DNA of 40,531 nucleotides, taken from a virus. Both the position numbers and the translations under genes were made by a program. Position 1 is the stretch's first letter; the number at the start of each line of letters is the position of its first letter. The notes under the pieces were generated by a model. It worked only from the letters and a program-made list of their open reading frames with translations. It did not search any database and was not told the DNA's origin. The stretch spans positions 1-40,531 of the IMG/VR virus record IMGVR_UViG_3300012921_000006; one strand, 5' to 3'. Shown in pieces: positions 26,103-32,675 of this stretch.

Positions 26103-26244
26103 CAGGCTTGAACGTGACGCTGAGGCAGGGGTCGGTCTTGTTCCGCCGCTGTGCGCTGCATTCCGGGCATAGCGCCCTCACCGTGCCGGTCGTCCGCTTC
26201 ACGCTGATGCCGTGGCGCTGGACGATCTCCCATGCCGTTGCCAT
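25885..26244 (-). CDS. primase zinc-ribbon segment. Only about 26059..26244 looks coding; the rest of the ORF is out-of-frame read-through.
   Basis: ALCPECSAQRRNKTDPCLSVTFKPDGVQWHCWHCGWKGG gives a CxxC-N25-CxxC ribbon. GC3 is about 80 percent in this frame versus about 57 percent in the overlapping frame. GGAGG SD lies 9 nt before ATG 26244, and a stop lies two codons upstream of it. Confidence 0.7.
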   Translation of the reverse strand: MATAWEIVQRHGISVKRTTGTVRALCPECSAQRRNKTDPCLSVTFKPDGVQWHCWHCGWKGGEFYDDRRDEMADRGAKAGRRSDRSYGRQADPASRLGRSRGLSVSSQRSGIRGEVPRR

Positions 26245-26383
26245 TCCTCACCGCCTCCATCGCCTGCCACCTGGTCAGGCCTTGCGCTGCCGCCGCTTGT
26301 GTCTCCGCCTCGAACCGAGACAGGCCGCCGTCGAACTCCATGATCGCCGCCCGCTCCTCGAACCCATCCCGGTCAATGGACAA
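26102..26383 (-). CDS. small protein with an ERAAIMEFDGG motif; 3' end uncertain
   Basis: The 5' half has very high GC3 (LSIDRDGFEERAAIMEFDGGLSRFEAETQAAAAQGL...). The last ~140 nt overlap the Zn-ribbon frame and look non-coding. TTG 26383 or ATG 26425 could be the start. Confidence 0.4.
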   Translation of the reverse strand: MSIDRDGFEERAAIMEFDGGLSRFEAETQAAAAQGLTRWQAMEAVRNGNGMGDRPAPRHQREADDRHGEGAMPGMQRTAAEQDRPLPQRHVQA

Positions 26384-27143
26384 TTTTCCACCCCATGAAC
26401 TGATCGAACCGCCGCGTGGTGCCATCCGGGAAAACCCGCTCCTCGCCGTGCTCGGGCTGGCCCGCAGGGCGCGACGACCTCGGCTTGTCGTCCATCGCCT
26501 TCCGAACCCAGTTGCGCCACGTTGCCAGCCAGTCGGCCTTGGTGCCGTCCTTGCCGCTCCTGCCCAGCCAGTAATCCCGAAACCTGTCCGCCTGCCCCAG
26601 AACTGCCGATACCGACATGCCCTGCGAAACCGCCCATTCCCGCCACTCGTCGGGAAGCTGCCAATCAGCCGAAAGGCGACTGCCGATTTTCTTTGGAGAA
26701 CCGTTAGGTTCTCTTTCTTTTAATGAGGGTGAGGGTGAGGGTGAGGGGGCATTGCGTTCGCATTGCGTCTCAGGCATTGCATCCGCATTGCGTTCGCTTG
26801 CCTCTTTTTGCTTATTCCACCGTGACTTAGCGGAAGCGATGTTCTTTTTGCGCTTCTCAAATGTGTATGACCATTCACGCTTAAGGCGTTTCTGCGTCAG
26901 AAAATTTCCGGTCGATTGGCAGAACTCTTTGACGATGGATTCGAGCGTTTCAGCCTCCCCATTCTCCACCCGCAGGCGGCGTCCGATCCATGCCATATCG
27001 TTCGGTATGCGGCATTCCGGCGACCGCCAAATCAGGATCAGCAGGTCCATGTAGAGGCCCCGTTCGGCGCGCGTCAGGTGCGCCGTGTCGGCAATCCACG
27101 AGTCCGTGAAAAGGGGGATGGCGGCAAACTCAGCCACGGTCAC
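26373..27143 (-). CDS. DUF1376 (YdaU-like) replication-associated protein
   Basis: N-terminus FTDSWIADTAHLTRAERGLYMDLLILIW is typical of DUF1376. C-terminal block DRFRDYWLGRSGKDGTKADWLATWRNWV. An AT-richer SPSPSPS linker sits in the middle. Confidence 0.8.
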   Translation of the reverse strand: MTVAEFAAIPLFTDSWIADTAHLTRAERGLYMDLLILIWRSPECRIPNDMAWIGRRLRVENGEAETLESIVKEFCQSTGNFLTQKRLKREWSYTFEKRKKNIASAKSRWNKQKEASERNADAMPETQCERNAPSPSPSPSLKEREPNGSPKKIGSRLSADWQLPDEWREWAVSQGMSVSAVLGQADRFRDYWLGRSGKDGTKADWLATWRNWVRKAMDDKPRSSRPAGQPEHGEERVFPDGTTRRFDQFMGWKIVH

Positions 27144-27312
27144 GCCTCCGCTCTGCCTGCCGCAGGCGCCACTCCACGCAGATCAGGTCGGTGTGCGCCT
27201 GCTCTGCGGTGAACTCGTCCCGCGCGGCTATGGCAGCGTTGACGCGATCCATGAACAGGTCACGGAACACAGCCAGGTGCTGCCAGTTGGTTTCTTCGGA
27301 CCAGTGCTTCAT
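27130..27312 (-). CDS. small hypothetical protein (60 aa)
   Basis: Fills the RusA-DUF1376 gap, with short overlaps on both sides. Confidence 0.45.
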   Translation of the reverse strand: MKHWSEETNWQHLAVFRDLFMDRVNAAIAARDEFTAEQAHTDLICVEWRLRQAERRRDRG

Positions 27313-27746
27313 GCGGCACCGATCCGCTCGACGATGAGGATCGTCTGGTCCTTGTCGCCCCAGAGCTTCTTGCAGCCCTCATATGCCGCGATCTGGCTGT
27401 CGTCCTCCCACGCGATACGATTCAGCCCGTCCTCGATCTCCTTGATGATGTTCGACAGGTCAGGCTTCTGCGTGTGCGGCCGCCACAGATGTGCCTCGCG
27501 GTCCTTCTTCGACCACGACTTCGGAATGGCGAAGATGGCCGTCACCGTGACGCGCAGAGGCCCCCGCATGGGCGTCGGGATGCTGCGCAGAACGATGGCC
27601 TGCAATGTCTCCCGATGCGCCTCGGTGGCCTTGTCCTTGAACCTGAACTTGCCGTTGGACCGCGCCCGCCGCCATGCAAAGGGCTTTCCTGGAATGGTAA
27701 TGGCAACGCGGGAAATCTGTGCCGGAGAAGTTTCCTGTCCGTCCAT
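27309..27746 (-). CDS. rusA: RusA-family Holliday junction resolvase
   Basis: ITIPGKPFAWRRAR ... KPDLSNIIKEIEDGLNRIAWEDDSQI matches the RusA pattern (KPD.DN..K...D.l.....DD.qi). Confidence 0.85.
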   Translation of the reverse strand: MDGQETSPAQISRVAITIPGKPFAWRRARSNGKFRFKDKATEAHRETLQAIVLRSIPTPMRGPLRVTVTAIFAIPKSWSKKDREAHLWRPHTQKPDLSNIIKEIEDGLNRIAWEDDSQIAAYEGCKKLWGDKDQTILIVERIGAA

Positions 27747-28039
27747 CACGCCATCCCCAGCGCGGCCTTGTAGAGGTCCAGAATGGCCTCCTCCTCCGCC
27801 ACCTCATCCGGCTTGCGCTTCCGCAGCGCGATGATCTTGCGGATGATCTTGGTGTCGTAGCCGCGCGCCTTGGCCTCAGCGAACACCTCCTTCACCTGAT
27901 CGGCGATGTCTTTCTTCTCGGCCTCCATCTGCTCGGCCCGCTCGATGAACTGGCGCAGCTCGTCGGCGGTGACGGCAAAGGCCTTGTCGCGGACTTCGCG
28001 GTCGGCGTCGGTCTCCTTCATCCGGCTTTCGTCAAGCAT
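27746..28039 (-). CDS. GapR-like DNA-binding protein (DUF2312/UPF0335)
   Basis: LRQFIERAEQMEAEKKDIADQVKEVFAEAKARGYDTKIIRKIIALRKRKPDEVAEEEAILDLYKAALGM is near-consensus for DUF2312. Confidence 0.85.
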   Translation of the reverse strand: MLDESRMKETDADREVRDKAFAVTADELRQFIERAEQMEAEKKDIADQVKEVFAEAKARGYDTKIIRKIIALRKRKPDEVAEEEAILDLYKAALGMA

Positions 28040-28328
28040 GTCGGGGTGTCCTTGTGCTGAGGATCTGATGCGTCACGGCGCGCAGGTCGGCCTCACAACG
28101 GGAGGCTTCCCTGCTCCGCCGCAGGTTTTTCTGCCGCGCGGCCTCGGCCAGCAGCGCCTGCCGCCGGGCTTGCAGTTGCGCCAGCCCATCGGCGCTCGGC
28201 GTCGTCGCGGTGGGCAGCGCAGGCCCAGAGATAGGAGCGTTTGCGACCGGTGAGGGCTGATAGATGGCCGGGCCAGCGATACCCAAACGGCGCAGGAAGC
28301 GCGCCACAGATGCCACAAGCATGGTCAT
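28032..28328 (-). CDS. hypothetical protein (98 aa)
   Basis: GC3 is about 70-75 percent throughout. There is an 8-nt overlap with the GapR-like start and a coiled C-terminal half. Confidence 0.55.
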   Translation of the reverse strand: MTMLVASVARFLRRLGIAGPAIYQPSPVANAPISGPALPTATTPSADGLAQLQARRQALLAEAARQKNLRRSREASRCEADLRAVTHQILSTRTPRHA

Positions 28329-28442
28329 TCACGCGGCCCTCCCGTGCTGTCCCAGATGGTCCAGGCAATCGCCCTGCGGCGCGGTCATGGGCCCACTTGT
28401 GTTGCGCGTCTGCCGCCCGAGTTTAGCCGGTTCGCCCGTCAT

Positions 28443-29486
28443 TCACGCGGCCTCCAGCTTCTTCATGATGCGGTGGACGGTGGACCAGTTGACCCCGATT
28501 ACCGCAGCGATCTCGCGCACCGTCATCTTCCGCGCCCGCATCGCCTTGACCTGCCGAACGAAGGCGGGGTTCCCGACATGGCCGCGCGTGGAGTTGTTCA
28601 GGCCGAGCTGGAGGATGTCATCGGTGATCGTAGACGATCCGACACCCAGCGCCTCGGCGATCTGGCGCACGGTCTTGCCCTCGGCCCGCATGACCACGAC
28701 CTTCGCCCGCCGCTCGGCCGCAATGGCCTTCATCTCCTCCAGCCGACGCTTCGGCGGCGGGTGGTTGCTCTTCTTCGGCGTCGTGATCAGTGCCGGGTAA
28801 TCCGCGCGCTTGAGCCCCAGGCGCTTGAGGTCAACGTGGACCTCGTTCCGCGTTGACCCGACCTCCTGCTGAATGCGCGGTGCCGTCCAGCCCTGCTTGA
28901 ATAGCTCGGCCACCTTCTCGCGCCGAGCGGCGAGGGCTTCGCGCTTCTGCGCTGCCTCGACCTTCTTCTGACGCCGAACCTGAGCAACCGCGCCCTTCTC
29001 CGGCACCCGATATGGAATCTGCCGCAACCGGCAATAGTTCTGGGCCGCGTTCCATGAAATGCCGAGGAAGTCGGCGATTTGCCTGACGGTCTTGTCACCC
29101 TTGCCGGCAAAGCCCATCGTGCGCTCCAGCCGCTCACGCGCAGCCACCATGCGAGGATCATCGGGCGACCGAGGCCCCAGCTTACGCTTGGGCTTGTAGG
29201 CTTTGACCGCAGGCGGCGCGTCAGCCTCTTCCTTGGCCTTCGCCACCGCCAGCCGCCGCTTCCGGGCCGCCTCGCGCACCCCGGCGCCGATCATCGCCTT
29301 GACGGTGTCCCGCCCGCTCTTGCCATCGACCTGCCGCAGGCCGATGCGCTCGACATATTCATATCCCGGCAGCCCGGACACCCCGCGCGGAACCACCTGC
29401 ACCACGTCCGGCTTGCACTGGACGCCATACCGCGCGGCCACCTCTGCGGCGATGCGGGCCTTCTGATCTTCGCTGATTGTCTGCAT
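28443..29486 (-). CDS. DNA-binding protein with four tandem helix-turn-helix units
   Basis: Four HTH-like units: KTVRQIADFLGISWNAAQNY, WTAPRIQQEVGSTRNEVHVDL, KTVRQIAEALGVGSSTITDDI, MTVREIAAVIGVNWSTVHRIM. ATG 29486 has a GGTGAG SD 9 nt upstream; ATG 29495 has none. Confidence 0.75.
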   Translation of the reverse strand: MQTISEDQKARIAAEVAARYGVQCKPDVVQVVPRGVSGLPGYEYVERIGLRQVDGKSGRDTVKAMIGAGVREAARKRRLAVAKAKEEADAPPAVKAYKPKRKLGPRSPDDPRMVAARERLERTMGFAGKGDKTVRQIADFLGISWNAAQNYCRLRQIPYRVPEKGAVAQVRRQKKVEAAQKREALAARREKVAELFKQGWTAPRIQQEVGSTRNEVHVDLKRLGLKRADYPALITTPKKSNHPPPKRRLEEMKAIAAERRAKVVVMRAEGKTVRQIAEALGVGSSTITDDILQLGLNNSTRGHVGNPAFVRQVKAMRARKMTVREIAAVIGVNWSTVHRIMKKLEAA

Positions 29487-29521
29487 GGGTCTCATCTCAC
29501 CGGGGGCTTCTGGGGACTGGT

Positions 29522-29556
29522 GGGGCCGCCCGCGCCCCCAGCAATCGGGCGGCCCC
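29522..29556 (-). promoter_or_regulatory. perfect 11-bp GC stem-loop in the 5' leader of the 4xHTH gene
   Basis: GGGGCCGCCCG-N13-CGGGCGGCCCC, about 30 nt upstream of the start codon. Confidence 0.3.
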
Positions 29557-29598
29557 GTGGGCGCAGCGGGAGGAGGTGCCGCGCCATTCGATGAAATA

Positions 29599-29622
29599 CC
29601 CCGGCGGTGGTGGTCGCCGGGG
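29599..29622 (-). terminator. candidate intra-operon terminator (tR1-like)
   Basis: CCCCGGCG-N8-CGCCGGGG. On the minus strand it is followed by TATTTCATC, 50 nt after the stop of 29673..30008. Confidence 0.35.
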
Positions 29623-29672
29623 TCAGTTGCCCGCGCTGGGGAACCGTAGAAACGGGCGCGCGGGGAGGCGTG

Positions 29673-30008
29673 TCATGCGGCCATCGCCTCCAGAAGGCGC
29701 TGCCGAAGATCGGGAAAGCGGAGGATCATCGCCACGGCGCGCGGGCCGCTGGGGCAGTTCAGCCCGGCCAGCCAGTTGCGGGCAGTCCTCTCGTCCGTGT
29801 CGAAGAAGAACGCGATGTGCTCCTTGTCGCGGAAGTGCTCCTTCAGCCACCGCGCGACGACCATCGGGAACAGCCGCTGCAGCTTCGGCACATCGGAGAG
29901 GATTCCGGCATCGGCCCCGGCTGAGATACCGGGCGACGTTTCCGGCCAGGCCATGTCATTGGCCGGGTTCGGAGGTGCCGAATATGCAATCACTCGATGA
30001 CGGGGCAT
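29673..30008 (-). CDS. hypothetical early protein (111 aa), possible HTH
   Basis: Its start overlaps the Cro-like stop by 1 nt. The C-terminal half (DERTARNWLAGLNCPSGPRAVAMIL) looks HTH-like. Confidence 0.6.
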   Translation of the reverse strand: MPRHRVIAYSAPPNPANDMAWPETSPGISAGADAGILSDVPKLQRLFPMVVARWLKEHFRDKEHIAFFFDTDERTARNWLAGLNCPSGPRAVAMILRFPDLRQRLLEAMAA

Positions 30009-30211
30009 CAGGACGCCCTCGCCTGTTGTTCAACCCACGACGAAGCCGGAACGGCACCGTTCGTGGCGCGCTCGATCTTCGCGGCAAGCTCAAGGCTTGG
30101 CCGCTTCCCGCGCTTGAGACGCGAAACGGTGGCCTGCTTCACGCCGATCTCGGCGGCGAAGGCCTCCTGCGTCTTCTTGTGAGCTTCAAGGTAGGTTGCT
30201 AGGTTCATCAT
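30008..30211 (-). CDS. Cro-like XRE-family HTH regulator
   Basis: MMNLATYLEAHKKTQEAFAAEIGVKQATVSRLKRGKRPS is a classical HTH. The gene is divergent from the repressor. Tandem ATGs at 30211 and 30208. Confidence 0.75.
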   Translation of the reverse strand: MMNLATYLEAHKKTQEAFAAEIGVKQATVSRLKRGKRPSLELAAKIERATNGAVPASSWVEQQARAS

Positions 30212-30218
30212 GTCGACA

Positions 30219-30247
30219 GATATACCCATAGAGTATATACCCGTCAA
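30219..30247 (-). promoter_or_regulatory. early promoter (PR-like): -35 TTGACG (30242..30247), 17-nt spacer, -10 TATATC (30219..30224)
   Basis: Read on the minus strand. The same 20-nt block AATACTTGACGGGTATATAC and -10 hexamer recur at 32643..32676 on the plus strand. Confidence 0.6.
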
Positions 30248-30253
30248 GTATTC
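30220..30253. promoter_or_regulatory. two overlapping 19-bp operator-like palindromes (30220..30238, 30235..30253)
   Basis: ATATAC-CCATAGA-GTATAT and ATATAC-CCGTCAA-GTATTC. They cover the -10 and -35 of the promoter above. Confidence 0.6.
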
Positions 30254-30305
30254 ACATTCCCCAGGCGTATTTGATCCGCCGGAGCAGTGCGGGCATCATG
30301 CCAGC

Positions 30306-30617
30306 ATGAACAACGTCGCAAACCTCCGAGCAGCCCGGAAGCTCAAGCAGAACCAGCTCGCCGAGTTGGCCGATGTCGCGCAACCCCCCATCTCGCGCCT
30401 AGAGAACGGCGACGAGGGCGTGACGCTCAAGGTTGTGAACCGCGTGGCCACAGCCCTGAATGTTCCTGTGTGGGAGCTTTTCGCGGATCCTAGAACCGAG
30501 GCAGAGCGGCTACTGCTGGACGTGTTCCGCAGACTTCCGCCGGATCGTCAGGCGGGATGGATCGATCTCGCGCAATCAGTTCTAGATCAGCCCGAACCAG
30601 ATCAAGGAAAGCCATGA
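30306..30617 (+). CDS. CI-like XRE-family repressor
   Basis: MNNVANLRAARKLKQNQLAELADVAQPPISRLENGDEGVTLKVVNRVATALNV is an HTH_3-type domain. The gene is divergent from the Cro-like gene across the operator region. The upstream ATG 30210 would read through the operators. Confidence 0.8.
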   Translation: MNNVANLRAARKLKQNQLAELADVAQPPISRLENGDEGVTLKVVNRVATALNVPVWELFADPRTEAERLLLDVFRRLPPDRQAGWIDLAQSVLDQPEPDQGKP

Positions 30618-30807
30618 GCTGCCGATCATTCATCGCGCGCAACTTGGCTTGGAAAACGGCTTCATTCATCAATCACCCCCATTGAGGCAATTCACTCATA
30701 CCAGAACGCACCGTGAACACCAAGCCGCCAAGTCTTGTAGCAGAGCGGACTTATCCACAGAAGGTCACAAGATATTGAATCAAACCGATTCGAAATCAAG
30801 ATTTGGG

Positions 30808-31092
30808 ATGTTTTCGGCGCTGACAGTGATCGCCTTGGCCGCCTGCACCCCGACGCAGGACACGCAAGGCCAGGTGGTCGACATCACGGACCACATGGTG
30901 GTTATCAACGGCGCTTTCGACATGAATATTGCCAACGCTGGCCCGGCCAAGCCGACCGCCGCGATGGTGGCGCAGGCCGAGGCGATCTGCCCCGGCGCGC
31001 AATACCTGACCGCAGAGCCGAGCAACCGCAGCGAATATGACTGGACCTTCAACTACAAGTTCCGCTGCCCGACCGGGCCGAAGCGAGGATAG
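30808..31092 (+). CDS. lipoprotein (94 aa)
   Basis: MFSALTVIALAAC has a lipobox (LAAC). The mature part has 3 further Cys. Located downstream of the repressor on the same strand. Confidence 0.65.
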   Translation: MFSALTVIALAACTPTQDTQGQVVDITDHMVVINGAFDMNIANAGPAKPTAAMVAQAEAICPGAQYLTAEPSNRSEYDWTFNYKFRCPTGPKRG

Positions 31093-31095
31093 GAC

Positions 31096-31578
31096 ATGGC
31101 AACCTGCAAAACCTGCGGCAACAAAATCCCGATTTTCCAGCAGCATGGAGAGCTGTGTTACGACTGCTTCTACAAGGAGGATGCCGCGCGGTTGAAGGCA
31201 GAGCGTGAGGCCGAGGAAAGTGCCGCAAAAGAGACGCGCGCAGCCATAGACGCCGTGATGATCACCACAGAAACTGCAGCGCCGGACCTCAAGATCGCCG
31301 CACGGCTCGGCATCGTGACAGCCGAGTGCGCCTTCGGGATGAACCTGTTCAAAGACATCTTCGCCGTTGGCCGAGACATCTTCGGCGGGCGGGCGGCGTC
31401 GATCCAGAACGCCCTGAAGGACGCCCGCAACACCGCACTCGACGAGCTTCGGCTGGAGGCATCGAAGCTGGGCGCCAATGCCGTGATCGCCGTGGATCTC
31501 GACTATTCCGAGATCTCCGGCGGCGGGAAGTCGATGCTCTTCCTGGTGGCGACGGGGACGGCGGTGAGGTTGGGGTGA
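31096..31578 (+). CDS. zinc-ribbon + YbjQ/UPF0145-like domain protein
   Basis: N-terminus [21 protein letters not shown] is a CxxC-N13-CxxC ribbon, followed by a charged linker. The C-terminal part is [80 protein letters not shown], resembling YbjQ_1. GAGGA SD lies 6 nt upstream. Confidence 0.8.
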   Translation: MATCKTCGNKIPIFQQHGELCYDCFYKEDAARLKAEREAEESAAKETRAAIDAVMITTETAAPDLKIAARLGIVTAECAFGMNLFKDIFAVGRDIFGGRAASIQNALKDARNTALDELRLEASKLGANAVIAVDLDYSEISGGGKSMLFLVATGTAVRLG

Positions 31579-31579
31579 G

Positions 31580-32113
31580 ATGGCGACCTGGCTTGAGCAG
31601 TGGCTGTCCGGCCTTGGCGCCGACAAGGCGGACTTGGCAATCACCATCTCCGTGTTTAGCCTTGCTGTTTCGGCTGCTTCCGCCTTCTACACTCGCGCTT
31701 TGGCCAAGATCGAACGCGAGAAACTCTACCGGAAACCTCTCGTGCTTGAGCCAAGATTCACGGAAATGAAGGACTGGCCCAACTGCTACGAATGTGGTTA
31801 CCGAGTCAGGAACCTTGAGCCGGTTTCCGCCATCGTGCTTACAGCAAAATCAAAAAGGCGGCGGCTGCAGCTCGTCAGTTTCGATGACGCCCATGTCCCG
31901 GATGGCGCGGGCGGCCTGAAGCTGAAGGAAAAGTTTCCGAACGAACTGGCAGGCCAAGAAATCAAGATTGATCGGCCCGTGGGCGGATGCGACGACATGC
32001 AGTCAGTGGTCAGGGCCGGTCCAGTAATCTACATCCGCTTCTATGCAAACGGCTACGCTAAGCCGTCCGACATCAAGGTAGAGACGGTTTGGGCGGACGG
32101 CGCTAAGCGCTAG
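31580..32113 (+). CDS. membrane-anchored hypothetical protein (177 aa)
   Basis: N-terminal TM LAITISVFSLAVSAASAFY. ATG lies 1 nt after the preceding stop. AT-richer composition. Confidence 0.65.
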   Translation: MATWLEQWLSGLGADKADLAITISVFSLAVSAASAFYTRALAKIEREKLYRKPLVLEPRFTEMKDWPNCYECGYRVRNLEPVSAIVLTAKSKRRRLQLVSFDDAHVPDGAGGLKLKEKFPNELAGQEIKIDRPVGGCDDMQSVVRAGPVIYIRFYANGYAKPSDIKVETVWADGAKR

Positions 32114-32565
32114 GACAGCGCGACAGCAACGCTGAGCAGAGCCAGCACCATACCGACGATGTTGAGCCACATGATGCGCCTGATGATGGTCAGCCGCGCC
32201 CGAGATTCAATCACGTTAGAAGCTTGCTGGCATCGGCAACATTGAACGTCACAAGCGCCGCCTCCGGGCGGCGTTTTCGTTTTTTCGCTTTCCATCCTCG
32301 CCAGATGTCCAAAGACCAGCCCGAGCAGATCGCCGGACGCATCCCGCCAGCGCGACCACACGTCATCATCTGCGATGACCGCCGCAACGCGCTTGCCCAG
32401 CTCGGTGACCGAATAGACGCCCTCGTCCTCCGACAGCAGGGCGAGGTCATTCAGGAGCAGCATGTGATGATGCCGCTCCGTATCGCGCTCAATGCTCTCG
32501 GTGCCAGGCTGACCATCAGCCGCCAGTAGCAGCAGCTCGCGCATCAAATCCGGGTTTTGCTTCAT
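32110..32565 (-). CDS. DUF2513-like winged-helix N-domain with Cys-rich region and C-terminal TM anchor
   Basis: MKQNPDLMRELLLLAADG resembles DUF2513 N-termini. The C-terminus is CDVQCCRCQ ... IMWLNIVGMVLALLSVAVAL. GGAGG SD lies 8 nt before ATG 32565; the ORF-table ATG 32589 has none. Confidence 0.65.
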   Translation of the reverse strand: MKQNPDLMRELLLLAADGQPGTESIERDTERHHHMLLLNDLALLSEDEGVYSVTELGKRVAAVIADDDVWSRWRDASGDLLGLVFGHLARMESEKTKTPPGGGACDVQCCRCQQASNVIESRARLTIIRRIMWLNIVGMVLALLSVAVALS

Positions 32566-32622
32566 CCCCACACCCTCCATCCGCCCCATGCGGCTGAGGT
32601 GATTCTTACCCGTGCCGCTCGC

Positions 32623-32675
32623 ATATACCCATAGCGCATTTTAATACTTGACGGGTATATACCTGTAGCGTATAT
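32623..32675. promoter_or_regulatory. three operator-like palindromes (32623..32641, 32642..32660, 32657..32675)
   Basis: ATATAC-CCATAGC-GCATTT; TAATAC-TTGACGG-GTATAT, which is an 18/19 reverse-complement match of 30235..30253; and ATATAC-CTGTAGC-GTATAT, which has perfect half-sites. Confidence 0.6.

Noticed and set aside
26722-26747. GAGGGT hexamer tandem repeat (about 4 copies)
   Set aside because: It simply encodes the SPSPSPS linker of the DUF1376 protein on the opposite strand. It is too short to treat as an independent element.
28093-28368. Alternative frame containing CGICG ... WACAAH, which looks like a small zinc-binding protein and would imply another frameshift with 28032..28328
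   Set aside because: Third-position GC is no better (about 66 percent) than in the competing frame (about 70-75 percent throughout). The competing frame also has a normal 8-nt overlap with the next gene. The Cys pattern alone is insufficient.
30210-30305. N-terminal extension of the repressor ORF starting at ATG 30210
   Set aside because: It would translate straight through the operator/promoter region (MSTDIPIEYIPVKY...). The conserved HTH domain begins at ATG 30306.
30490-30672. 60-aa minus-strand ORF overlapping the 3' end of the repressor gene
   Set aside because: It mostly overlaps a well-supported gene on the other strand, and it has no SD or motif. An antisense RNA cannot be excluded, but there is nothing to support a CDS.
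30796-31647. 283-aa minus-strand ORF across the lipoprotein and YbjQ-like genes
   Set aside because: The plus-strand frames have a lipobox, a zinc ribbon, YbjQ-like blocks and SDs. The minus-strand product is Arg/Gly/His-rich junk.
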